Below the pieces are notes generated by a model, which was not told where the DNA came from, did not search any database, and worked only from the letters and a program-made list of their open reading frames with translations. A stretch of 63,852 nt of DNA, the filler included, from Octopus bimaculoides (lineage: Eukaryota): the NCBI RefSeq assembly GCF_001194135.2. It is 14 parts of 14 records of this genome, joined end to end, with 100 filler letters (N's around TTAATTAATTAA, not from the genome) between each part and the next. Parts side by side here need not be neighbours in the genome. Positions count along the whole stretch, not along the records: positions 17,664 to 44,718 come from NC_069007.1; 13 more parts are not named here. One strand, given 5' to 3'. The position numbers and the translations under genes are program-made. Positions 28,059-37,600 of the stretch are shown here, piece after piece. Numbering within the stretch: position 1 is the stretch's first letter; every line of letters starts with the position of its first letter.

Positions 28059-28190
28059 CTTGAACATAAGCAGGATCATGAATGATATAATGAAGCTGAC
28101 TGCCAGTGAGCCAAGTATCATTGGACTGCAGAACTGCATCACACACACCAACAGAAGGTTGCACAGTTCGATAACTAGCATCACCTTCAC
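28059..28190 (-). CDS. DPY19L3: DPY19L3-like exon 7 (VKVMLVIELCNLLLVCVMQFCSPMILGSLAVSFIISFMILLMFK)
   Basis: Not in the ORF track frame; matches recalled LLLVCILQFFNSMILGSL; acceptor ccgtttag, donor GTAGGT; 132 nt, phase 0 to 0. Confidence 0.9.
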
Positions 28191-28277
28191 CTAAACGGCA
28201 ACAAGACAAAGCAACATGGTTAGATATAATAACAACAACACACCGCAGACATTTACACATTTAAATATATACAAATT

Positions 28278-28533
28278 ACGGAGATGTACTTGCATAGCAA
28301 GTGACCTGATCTGAGATCGTGTGCTGGAACGAAAACAATTACAGCGTGGAAGGTGTTTATAAGCCATTTAAAATAACACACAAAATCCGTTAGATTCACT
28401 TCAACATTTACATTTAATTTGTCAAAATATTTTCGTCACTTTGAGACCGCGACCTGTTCACTGACAGAATTTTGTCAGTGAACAGGTCGCGGTCTCAAAG
28501 TAACGAAAATATTTTGACAAATCAAATTTAAAT
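28278..28533. mobile_element. Foldback/palindromic MITE-like element centred at 28469/28470, right arm running into the N-gap
   Basis: 28406-28533 self-complementary with 4 mismatched pairs; left boundary near TA-CGGAGATG (28278) is inferred. Confidence 0.7.
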
Positions 28534-29625
28534 NNNNNNNNNNNNNNNNNNNNNNNNNNNNNNNNNNNNNNNNNNNNNNNNNNNNNNNNNNNNNNNNNNN
28601 NNNNNNNNNNNNNNNNNNNNNNNNNNNNNNNNNNNNNNNNNNNNNNNNNNNNNNNNNNNNNNNNNNNNNNNNNNNNNNNNNNNNNNNNNNNNNNNNNNNN
28701 NNNNNNNNNNNNNNNNNNNNNNNNNNNNNNNNNNNNNNNNNNNNNNNNNNNNNNNNNNNNNNNNNNNNNNNNNNNNNNNNNNNNNNNNNNNNNNNNNNNN
28801 NNNNNNNNNNNNNNNNNNNNNNNNNNNNNNNNNNNNNNNNNNNNNNNNNNNNNNNNNNNNNNNNNNNNNNNNNNNNNNNNNNNNNNNNNNNNNNNNNNNN
28901 NNNNNNNNNNNNNNNNNNNNNNNNNNNNNNNNNNNNNNNNNNNNNNNNNNNNNNNNNNNNNNNNNNNNNNNNNNNNNNNNNNNNNNNNNNNNNNNNNNNN
29001 NNNNNNNNNNNNNNNNNNNNNNNNNNNNNNNNNNNNNNNNNNNNNNNNNNNNNNNNNNNNNNNNNNNNNNNNNNNNNNNNNNNNNNNNNNNNNNNNNNNN
29101 NNNNNNNNNNNNNNNNNNNNNNNNNNNNNNNNNNNNNNNNNNNNNNNNNNNNNNNNNNNNNNNNNNNNNNNNNNNNNNNNNNNNNNNNNNNNNNNNNNNN
29201 NNNNNNNNNNNNNNNNNNNNNNNNNNNNNNNNNNNNNNNNNNNNNNNNNNNNNNNNNNNNNNNNNNNNNNNNNNNNNNNNNNNNNNNNNNNNNNNNNNNN
29301 NNNNNGTGGCATTTAAAAGCACCCACTACACTCTCTGAGTGGTTGGCGTTAGGAAGGGCATCCAGCTGTAGAAATTCTGCCAAATCAGATTGGAGCCTGG
29401 TGTAGCCATCTGGTTCACCAGTCCTCAGTCAAATCGTCCAACCCATGCTAGGATGGAAAGCGGATGTTAAACGATGATGATGATGATGATATATAAATGT
29501 AACGGAAGAGGATTGTTCAAGGTGTGTGAGTGTGGAGTTCACAAGATGCAAAAACAATAAAGAAAGAAAACAGGAAAATAAATAAAGAAAGAAAGAAAGA
29601 AAGAAAGAAAGAAGCAAACACTTAC

Positions 29626-29749
29626 ACTCAGTACTGGGTTTGTCTTCCATCGTAGATAGTATGAGATCGCTGCCACTTGGAGCCAGAGGAAGGGCAACGA
29701 GAAGCTCTCTCGTAGTGGGATGACGTATTCTACTCTTGTAGTATCTAGT
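29626..29749 (-). CDS. DPY19L3: DPY19L3-like exon 5 (LDTTRVEYVIPLRESFSLPFLWLQVAAISYYLRWKTNPVLS)
   Basis: DTTRVE...PLRE motif; acceptor tttctcaag, donor GTAAGT; 124 nt, phase 2 to 0. Confidence 0.94.
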
Positions 29750-29919
29750 CTTGAGAAACATACCATTTTAATAATAACAATAATAATAGGAGAGTATTGT
29801 AGTTCGATTGAAGCATTGTGTATTGCTTGTAAAGAATAAAAACTTTAGAATGGTACAACAATGCACTATAGAACAAAAAATGGACTATATACTTGTTGTA
29901 ATTTGGTTATCTATAGTCC

Positions 29920-29955
29920 GATGATATTTCAGAATTAGAATTCCTTCTTCAGATC
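29920..29955 (-). ncRNA. Minimal hammerhead motif, second copy (sense to DPY19L3 pre-mRNA)
   Basis: Same motif on the minus strand, with a G-U wobble at the base of stem II. Confidence 0.55.
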
Positions 29956-30026
29956 TTCTTAGCTGGAGTCTCTGCTATAAACTGTTTTCCAACGGTTTTC
30001 TTTCTTCGAGAGACTCCAGCAAAGAA

Positions 30027-30062
30027 GATCTGAAGAAGGAATTCTAATTCCGAAATATCATC
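30027..30062 (+). ncRNA. Minimal type-I hammerhead ribozyme motif (Penelope-like element type)
   Basis: GAT-CTGAAGA-A-GGAAT(TCTA)ATTCC-GAA-ATAT-C-ATC: core, 5-bp stem II, palindromic ATAT, UC cleavage site, 3-bp stem I. Confidence 0.6.
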
Positions 30063-30420
30063 GGACTATAGATAACCAAATTACAACAGGTACATAGTCC
30101 ATTTCTTGTTCTATAGTGCATTGTTGTACCATTCTAAACTTTTTATTCTTTACAAACAATAATAATAACTACAACAGCAATAATAATAATAATAATAATA
30201 ATCCCTTCTACTAAAGGCACAAGGCCTGAAATTTTAGTGGGTGGGGACTAGTTAATTACATCGATCCCAGTGATCAACTGGTACTCAATTTATTGACCCT
30301 GAAAGGATGAAAGGCAAAGTCAATCTCAGTGGAATTTGAACTCAGAACATAGTGCTAGGCAAAACACCACTAAGCATCTCATCCAGCGTGCTAACGATTC
30401 TGCCAGCTCTCCACCTTCAC

Positions 30421-30454
<34 letters not shown>

Positions 30455-31633
30455 TTCATCATTTAACGTCCGCTTTCCATGATAGCATGGGTTGGACAAT
30501 TTGACTGGGGACTGGCGAACCAGATGGCTACACCAGGCTCCAATCTGATCTGGCAGAGTTTCTACAGCTGGATGCCCATCCTAACGCCAACCACTCCGAG
30601 AGTGTAGTGGGTGCTTTTTACATGCCACTAGCACGAAGGCCAGTCAGGTGGATACTGGCAACGGCCATGCTCAAATTGTGTTTTTTACATGCCACCTGCA
30701 CAGGAGTCAGTCCAATGTTTTGTTCACATGCCACCGCCACAAGTGCCAGTAAGGTGAAATAATAATAATAACAATAATAATAATAATCCTTTCCAGTGCA
30801 TGGGTCAGATGGAGCTTGTTGAGGCAAATGCTCTATGGCTTGATGCCCTTCCTGTCACCAACCCTCACCTCTTTCCAATCATGGTAATATTTTCCGATAG
30901 CTAGACATGTTTTTCATGGAGGACTGAGAATTAATTTTGTTGCATATATAATGGTGATGCTCATTTACAACCATCATATAGTGCCTCGACTGGGATACAC
31001 TCAAACGCTATCTCTCTCTCATATATACAATATCATCCTTTATCATCTGTTTTCCATGCTGACATGGACGGTTTGACCAGAGCAGGCAAGCTGGGGAGCT
31101 GCACCAGGTTTGGTTTCTATAGCTGGATGCCCTTCCTAACACCAACCACTTTACAGTGTGCGCTGGATGCTTTTAATGTGACACCAGCACGAATACTTTC
31201 ACATGACACTGGCATGTCTGCCATTTATATGGCACTAGTGCAGGACTCTTGCAAGCCAATTCTCTTCACCAAGGGAAGTGGCCTTAACACTTCGGCTGTA
31301 GAGGATGGCTCTTCTTGAGTACAGTAAGGCACCAAACATCTCAGTCCTTTGTCATCTCATCTAAAAGATTCAGTGTCCTGTGGTTGTCTCCCATACTCTT
31401 GGGTCTCCTTCTTCCACATGCTCCATCCACTTTGAGGGCTTCTTTCAGTTTCTGTCTACCAAATCCACTTACAAAGATTTGGTCAGCCTAGGGCTATAGC
31501 AGAAGACACTTGTTCAAGGTGCTGCACAGTGGGACTGAACCCAAGACCACACAGTTGGGAAGCAAGCTTCTTAGCCACTCAGCCATGCTTGAGCTGGTCA
31601 GAGAATATATTTATCCTGCATCCAATTGGAGCT

Positions 31634-32702
31634 AAATATCGGTTGTTAAGAAGAAAAAAAATGTGCTTCTGAGAATTGGGAAGTGTTTAAACATACATAG
31701 CTGTGTGTGAAAAGCTATGCTACATGGCAGTGAAACATGGGCTGTGACAGCTGAGGACATGTGTAGGCTTGAAAGAAATGAAACCAGTAAGCTTTGCAGC
31801 ATGTGCAATGTCAGTGTGCATGTTTGACAGGGTGTAAGCATTTTGAGAGAAAAGTTAGTTTGAGAGATACGAATGCGCTGGTACAGTCATGTGACACATA
31901 TGGACAAGAACAACTGTAAAGAAGTGCTGATCCCTAACTGCAGAGGGAACCTGTGGTGGAGGTAGACCCAGGAAGACATGGGATAAGGTGGTGAAGCATG
32001 ATCTCCAATCTTTGGGCTTCACAGAGATAATGACTAGTGACTGAGACCTTGGGTGATATGCTGTGCTTGAGAAGACTCGCCAAGCCAAGAGAAATTGCAG
32101 TTTTGGCTGATACTGGGTCATGTAACCAGCACCCATACAGGTGGCATGTAAAAAGCACCTTTCAAATGTTGAGCTTCATGGAAGCAAAGTGGTTGAGCTC
32201 CTTTCGAATGTTGGGCCTCACGGAGGCAATGACCGAGACCTCTGGCATTATGTCGTGCTTGAGAAGACCCATCAAGCCAAGTAAAATCACAGTTGAGGCA
32301 GATGCCAGTGTCATGCAAATGGCACCTGTGCCAGTGGCATGTAAAAGTGCCTATCAAGCATTGGGCCCCACAGAGGCAAGGACGGAGACCATCTGGCATT
32401 ATGCTGGACTTTGAGTGTTGGGCCTCATGAAGGCAATGACAGAGTCCATTTGGCTTTATGCCGTGCTTGAAAAGAAGATACATCAAGCCAAGTAAAACCA
32501 CAGTTGTGGCAGATACTGGTGTCACGCAAATGGCTCCCATGCAGGTGGTATGTAAAAGCACCCATTACACTCTTGGAGTGGTTGGCATTAGGAAGGGCAT
32601 CAATGCCAAATCAGACTGAAGTCTGGTGTAGCCTTCCAGCTTGCCAGCCATGGTCAAACTGTCCAGCCCATGCCAGCATGGACAATGGGCGTTAAATGAT
32701 GA
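31634..32702 (+). mobile_element. RTE-clade LINE 3' end (degenerate ORF2 end + repetitive 3' UTR + (GAT)n tail)
   Basis: KAMLHGSETWAVTAEDMCRLERNE...GTCGGGRPRKTWDKVVKHDL, with stops and frameshifts; tail shared with the abundant short copies. Confidence 0.85.
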
Positions 32703-32809
32703 TATATAGTCTTTGAATGGTGCCAGTGATGAAAAGAGAGAGAGAAGAGAGAGGCAAAATGGAAGGATTATAATAGAGGAAGAATGTGGAGAGAAAGAAC
32801 AAAACATAC

Positions 32810-32955
32810 CTGTTGAAGATGTAAAAGCAAGCAGCAAGAATGCCGGTCAACCATGACTCACTTAACATCCATGCTGTAACGAACAGGGAACTGACCAAGG
32901 CACCGTGAAGGGAAAATATGGTGTGGATATAAAAGAAAACTGGCAGGAAATTCTT
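32810..32955 (-). CDS. DPY19L3: DPY19L3-like exon 4 (KNFLPVFFYIHTIFSLHG...WLTGILAACFYIFNR)
   Basis: Matches recalled PVYFYI...SWLLSGTWLSGLLAAFWY; acceptor ttctcctacag, donor GTATGT; 146 nt, phase 0 to 2. Confidence 0.92.
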
Positions 32956-33202
32956 CTGTAGGAGAAAATAGGATAGTATGAGAGATATATTTATATATGT
33001 GTGTGTGTGTGTGTCTAATATATTTAATGTATCTAATTTGTTTATTAGCATAACAGCCTCTACATCCACTTAACTTGATCCCTCTTAAAGCCATTCTTTA
33101 CCTCGTGGAATGATTCCCCGTGAAGACACTGGAATCTAAGTTTGAATCTTTTGAGCACAACTAGATGTCTTCTAGACTAACAATCTCTGGATCTCATCTG
33201 TG

Positions 33203-33239
<37 letters not shown>

Positions 33240-33856
33240 NNNNNNNNNNNNNNNNNNNNNNNNNNNNNNNNNNNNNNNNNNNNNNNNNNNNNNNNNNNNN
33301 NNNNNNNNNNNNNNNNNNNNNNNAAAACCTCCCACAGAAATAATTAAAATCTAAAAAATTATAAACACCTATCAGCTGCAGAAACCTGTGACATGCTGAG
33401 GAGTCTGTGATATAAATTTACATATATTAGCCAGAAAAATTCATGATGTACAGAGTGCACGATAGGTGAACTGGGATATGGCAAGGGATTACTATATATA
33501 TAATCAGCTTGGAACCTGGTACAAAGACATACTAGTGTACTATCAATGGGAATATCAGTCAACCCATTGTTGAAGGCATCATCATCATCATCTAATGACA
33601 GTATTCCATGCTGGAATGGGTTGGATGGTTCAACAGAATCTAACTAGCCTAAGGGTTGCGTTGATCACCAATGTCTACTTCGATAAATTTTCTGTGGATG
33701 GATGCCCTTTATAACATTAATCACTTTACAGAGCACAAAGGTGTGTTTTTCATGACACCAGCTTTATTGGGGGTCACCAAATAACTCGCTAGACAAGACC
33801 TCCCTCCACACCAGACAGAGCAGAGTATGCAGTGTTGAGAGAGGTGGCTTTAGGCT

Positions 33857-34265
33857 TGTAGCGGCACAAGCAGTCAGCTCCATATTGGATGAGATCTCAC
33901 GGCAGCCATTGCCATCTCCGAGACTGGAGCGAGACCTCACCTGTATCTATTTGCCATGTGCAAGCTCACAACGAAGCTCATGATGGCAAACTCTATAAAA
34001 GGAAGAAACCACGAGGTTCAATCTCTTTTTCCTCACGACCGCTCGCAGAGCGCACTTCACTGGCTGGGCCTCTAGGCTAACCTGCTTGTCGTCTCTCTTG
34101 TGGCAATGGGCCCGCATAACGGAGAATGACGAATTCATACCGCATGAGATGGCTCCAAAAGAGCAACGTACCACACCTTTGTATATATTGTAAATAAAAA
34201 AACTAATGGAGAACCTGTGTTTTGCCTAAGACTTCTTTACTCGACTGCTGGAGCCTTAAGCAACA
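33857..34265 (+). mobile_element. Candidate solo LTR
   Basis: TGTAGC...GCAACA ends, internal CTATAAAAG and AATAAA, higher GC than flanks; no TSD found. Confidence 0.4.
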
Positions 34266-35176
34266 CAAAGAACAAGAAATTAATGGGAGAAAGGCGATAT
34301 TCAACCAATATCGAGAACCTTTCCTCTCATTATAGGTTCTAGGTATAGAGATGTGTAAGTAAAGGCATGTAGTTTAGTGGTTAGGTGTAGTTTAGTGGTN
34401 NNNNNNNNNGTAGTTTAGTGGTTAGGTGTAGTTTAGTGGTTCAGGATCGCAAGGTTGGGAGTTCAATTTCTAGTGGTGCGTTGTGTTCTGGAGCAAGATT
34501 CTTTATTTCCTGTTGCTCCAGACCACTCAGCTGGCAAAAATGAGTTGTACCTGTAATTCAAAAGGGGCCAGCCTTGTCACATTCTGTGTCATGCTGAATC
34601 TTCTGTAAAACTACATTAAAAGTAAGTGTGTCTGTGGAGTGCTCAGCCACTTGCACATTAATTTCACGAGCAGGTTGTTCTGCTGATCAGCTCAACCGGA
34701 ACTCTCATCGTTGTAACCGATGAAGTACCAGTGCCAGAGAGACTAACATATGATAGAAAGATGGAAACAGGGGTCGTATGTAGAAGAAATGCAAGGCTAC
34801 CCTTGCGAAAAAAAAAAAGGGAGAAAGGACGTTTGAGATGAGTTATGAAGGCACACCCTCAAAGTACAGAAGGTGGGTACAGAGAGAATCGGAGCAGAGA
34901 ACTGAGAATGGTTGGCTGGATAGATTTGCAAGGGCGTGAACAGAAAGTGAGAGAAGGAAGAGACGAGGACAGAAGTGAAAGCAGTGAATGGTGAACGCGG
35001 ATGGCAGTGTAGATAATGGTGAGTCTCAGTTTGGTGGGGACGTAAAGGAAATAGGGGTGGGTCATGGAGAAGGAGGGGGTGATAGGTAGTAATACATAAA
35101 ATAGAAAAAACAAGGCAGAACACATTGCTTGTGCGATTTGAAAGCCATATTTGCTGAAAACTGTAAAGTCGATGCA

Positions 35177-35602
35177 TTAATCCTTTAATATTTAGACCGG
35201 TCAAATCAGGCCAAAATATTCTACCTGTTTTATGTTCAAAATGACCAGATCTAGCCTGTCACACCTACCCTGCAATGCAATTCTAAAAATATACAAACAT
35301 ACCATTGTAATCTCAAAGCAACAAGATGATGCAAAACAATGTGAATAAATAAGTATTACACTTGACAGAGTAATCTGAATGCTAAAGAGTTAAACCAGCC
35401 ATAACTAACTCAAATACTCTGCCCATCTTATGTTTAAACTGGCTAGATCCAGCCTCTCACACTTACCTGACAATGTCATTCTAAAAATAAGCAATCACAA
35501 TATTAAAATGTGAAGGCTACAAGATAACACAGGATTAATTAAAAACTGTGTGAATAATTAAGAATTACATTCGACAGAGCACTCTGATTGTTAAAGGGTT
35601 AA
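35177..35602. mobile_element. Tandem pair of the same piggyBac-type MITE
   Basis: Two ~210-bp units joined at TTAA 35390-35393, ending AAAGGG-TTAA. Confidence 0.72.
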
Positions 35603-35705
35603 AATGAGGCTAAAATGTTTTTCTTGCGTAGAAGAAAGGATCAAATTTTAGTTTTTGGTCCTCCAAAATAACATCATTTGAATTCTGGTTTTGTGTAGTT
35701 TAGGG

Positions 35706-36078
35706 CTTGCGGAGGCGCAATGGCCCAGTGGTTAGGGCAGCAGACTCGCGGTTTCGATTCCCAGACCGGGCGTTGTGAGTGTTTATAGAGCGAAAACACC
35801 TAAAGCTCCACGAGGCTCCGGCAGGGGATGGTGGCGAACCCTGCTGTACTCTTTCACCACAACTTTCTCTCACTCTTACTTCCTGTTTCTGTTGTGCCTA
35901 TAATTCAAAGGGTCAGCCTTGTCACACTGTGTCACACTGAATATCCCCGAGAACTACCTTAAGGGTACACGTGTCTGTGGAGTGCTCAGCCACTTGCACG
36001 TTAATTTCACGAGCAGGCTGTTCCGTTGATCAGATCAGCTGGAACCCTCGACGTCATAAGCGACGGAGTGCCAACAAC
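35706..36078 (+). mobile_element. tRNA-head SINE family D; related copies near 34360-34735 and 39530-40070(-)
   Basis: A box TGGCCCAGTGG, B box GGTTTCGATTCCC; conserved block gtctgtggagtgctcagccacttgcac.ttaatttcacgagcagg. Confidence 0.8.
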
Positions 36079-36130
36079 TGCAGTTTAGGGCTTAATGATA
36101 GGTGTAAATATCTGCTGTATAGGTCTTTAA

Positions 36131-36645
36131 CCCTTTAGCATCTAAATTGGCCATATCTGGCCCAAATATTCTCCCCGTTTTATGTTCAAACTGTCAAAAC
36201 CTGGCTTCTTACACCTGTCCTACAATGTCATTCTAAAATATATATATAGTCACTCATTGAAATCTCAAAGCTATGAGATAATGGATGATTAACCCATTAC
36301 CTACCAGTAATCTCGTATGAGATCACTTAAAAATTACAAATTTCGTAATTATCTGTCAATATTTACACATATCTAACCTTTTTGCTATATCTACTAGGTA
36401 TATTTCTCTGATATTCAAATGAGGTTTGCTAATTTTACACCCAATATCTCACTTATTTCTATTTAAAATGTTATTTTGAAATGTTATTTTGATCATTCCA
36501 GCGTGTTTCTAAGGCTGTTTTATGCTAGAAATCAAAGTTTCATAAAAAAATTCCAGTTAATAGAATTATGAGAGGTAATGGGTTAATTGAAAGCATGGGA
36601 ATTAATAAGCATTACGTTTGACAGGGTGATCTGATTGCTAAAGAG
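36131..36645. mobile_element. piggyBac-type MITE (CCCTTTAGCA...) interrupted by a nested MITE
   Basis: TTAA at 36127-36130 and 36646-36649; internal sequence shared with copies at 20925 and 35181. Confidence 0.8.
36293..36582. mobile_element. Nested piggyBac-type MITE, 290 bp, TIR CCCATTACCT
   Basis: TTAA|CCCATTACCT...AGGTAATGGG|TTAA: perfect 10-bp TIR and TTAA duplication. Confidence 0.88.
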
Positions 36646-36664
36646 TTAAGAGTCAAGGACTTAC

Positions 36665-36789
36665 ATGAATGACGGTGAAACTCCTGTAAATAGTGGCAAG
36701 GATTATTTCCTGGTAAATGTTCATCCTCTCAATCACGTTGATGGTGCTGGGGAACTCAGTGAGGTTGTCGTCTGTCAGGCTATTGATTC
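36665..36789 (-). CDS. DPY19L3: DPY19L3-like exon 3 (GINSLTDDNLTEFPSTINVIERMNIYQEIILATIYRSFTVIH)
   Basis: RMNIYQE motif; AG acceptor, GTAAGT donor; 125 nt, phase 1 to 0. Confidence 0.93.
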
Positions 36790-36929
36790 CTTTTATGGTA
36801 AGACCGAAGGAAAGGAAGAAACGATAGATAAATAAATGGTTGAAAGAAAAAAAAAAATGAAAAAAGAGAGAGAGAGAGAGAATTAAAGAAAGAAACAGAG
36901 AAAGAGAAAACAAAGGCAACTGAGTCAAA

Positions 36930-37250
36930 GGCTGTGTATGAAGACAGTTGCATCAAGAGGCACCGATGTCTAATTGTGGAAGGAACGTGTGGAAAGGGTA
37001 GACTCAGGAAGATGTGGGATGAAGTGGTGAGAAAGGATCTTCAAATGTTGGGTCTCACAGGGGCCCAAGACTCCTGGTGGTTTGCTGTGCTTGAGAAGAC
37101 ACGTCAAGCTAAGTGAATACGTGGTTGTCCTTGGATACGAGCGTGTCTCCTGCATCCCTTTTCAGCTGAGCATTCCTAATCTTGTGGGCTCGTGGGTGCT
37201 GGTGCCACATAAAATGTGCCCATACTGGTGCAATGTAAAAGCACCTGAGA
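36930..37250 (+). mobile_element. RTE LINE 3' fragment, same family as 31634
   Basis: EGTCGKGRLRKMWDEVVRKDLQMLGL...AVLEKTRQAK. Confidence 0.8.
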
Positions 37251-37509
37251 CTGAAAGACGCCTGTCATGTATATGTATGTGTGTGTCCCCTCCACCACTG
37301 TTTGACAACTGGTGGTGGTGTGTTTATGTCTATAACTTAGCAGTTCAACAAAAGTGTTTGATAGAATAAATACCAGGTTTGAAATAAATAAGTACCGAGG
37401 TCAATTCATTCAACTAGAAAAAAAAAAAATCTTCAAGGTGGTGCCTCAGCATGGCCACAGTCAAATGATTGAAACAAGAAAAAGATAAAAAATAAATAAC
37501 AGCAATCAC

Positions 37510-37600
37510 CTTCCATTATTGATGGAGCATTCACCATCTGCTTATAATAGGAATAGTACAAGCCCGACTCCGTTCGGAATGATATTTCTCGTTCTAACTC
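37510..37600 (-). CDS. DPY19L3: DPY19L3-like exon 2 ([30 protein letters not shown])
   Basis: Hallmark DPY19 motif [18 protein letters not shown]; acceptor ttctttacag, donor GTGATT; 91 nt, phase 0 to 1. Confidence 0.95.

Larger units (their letters stand above)
29821..30161. repeat. Inverted repeat, arms 29827-29973 and 30009-30155, probable inverted Penelope-like pLTR pair
   Basis: 147-bp arms with 6 mismatches and a 35-nt spacer; pairing extends 6 nt outward. Confidence 0.95.

Noticed and set aside
35706-35780. tRNA gene (also heads near 27277, 48100, 62126)
   Set aside because: A/B boxes present but no complete cloverleaf; continues into a SINE body
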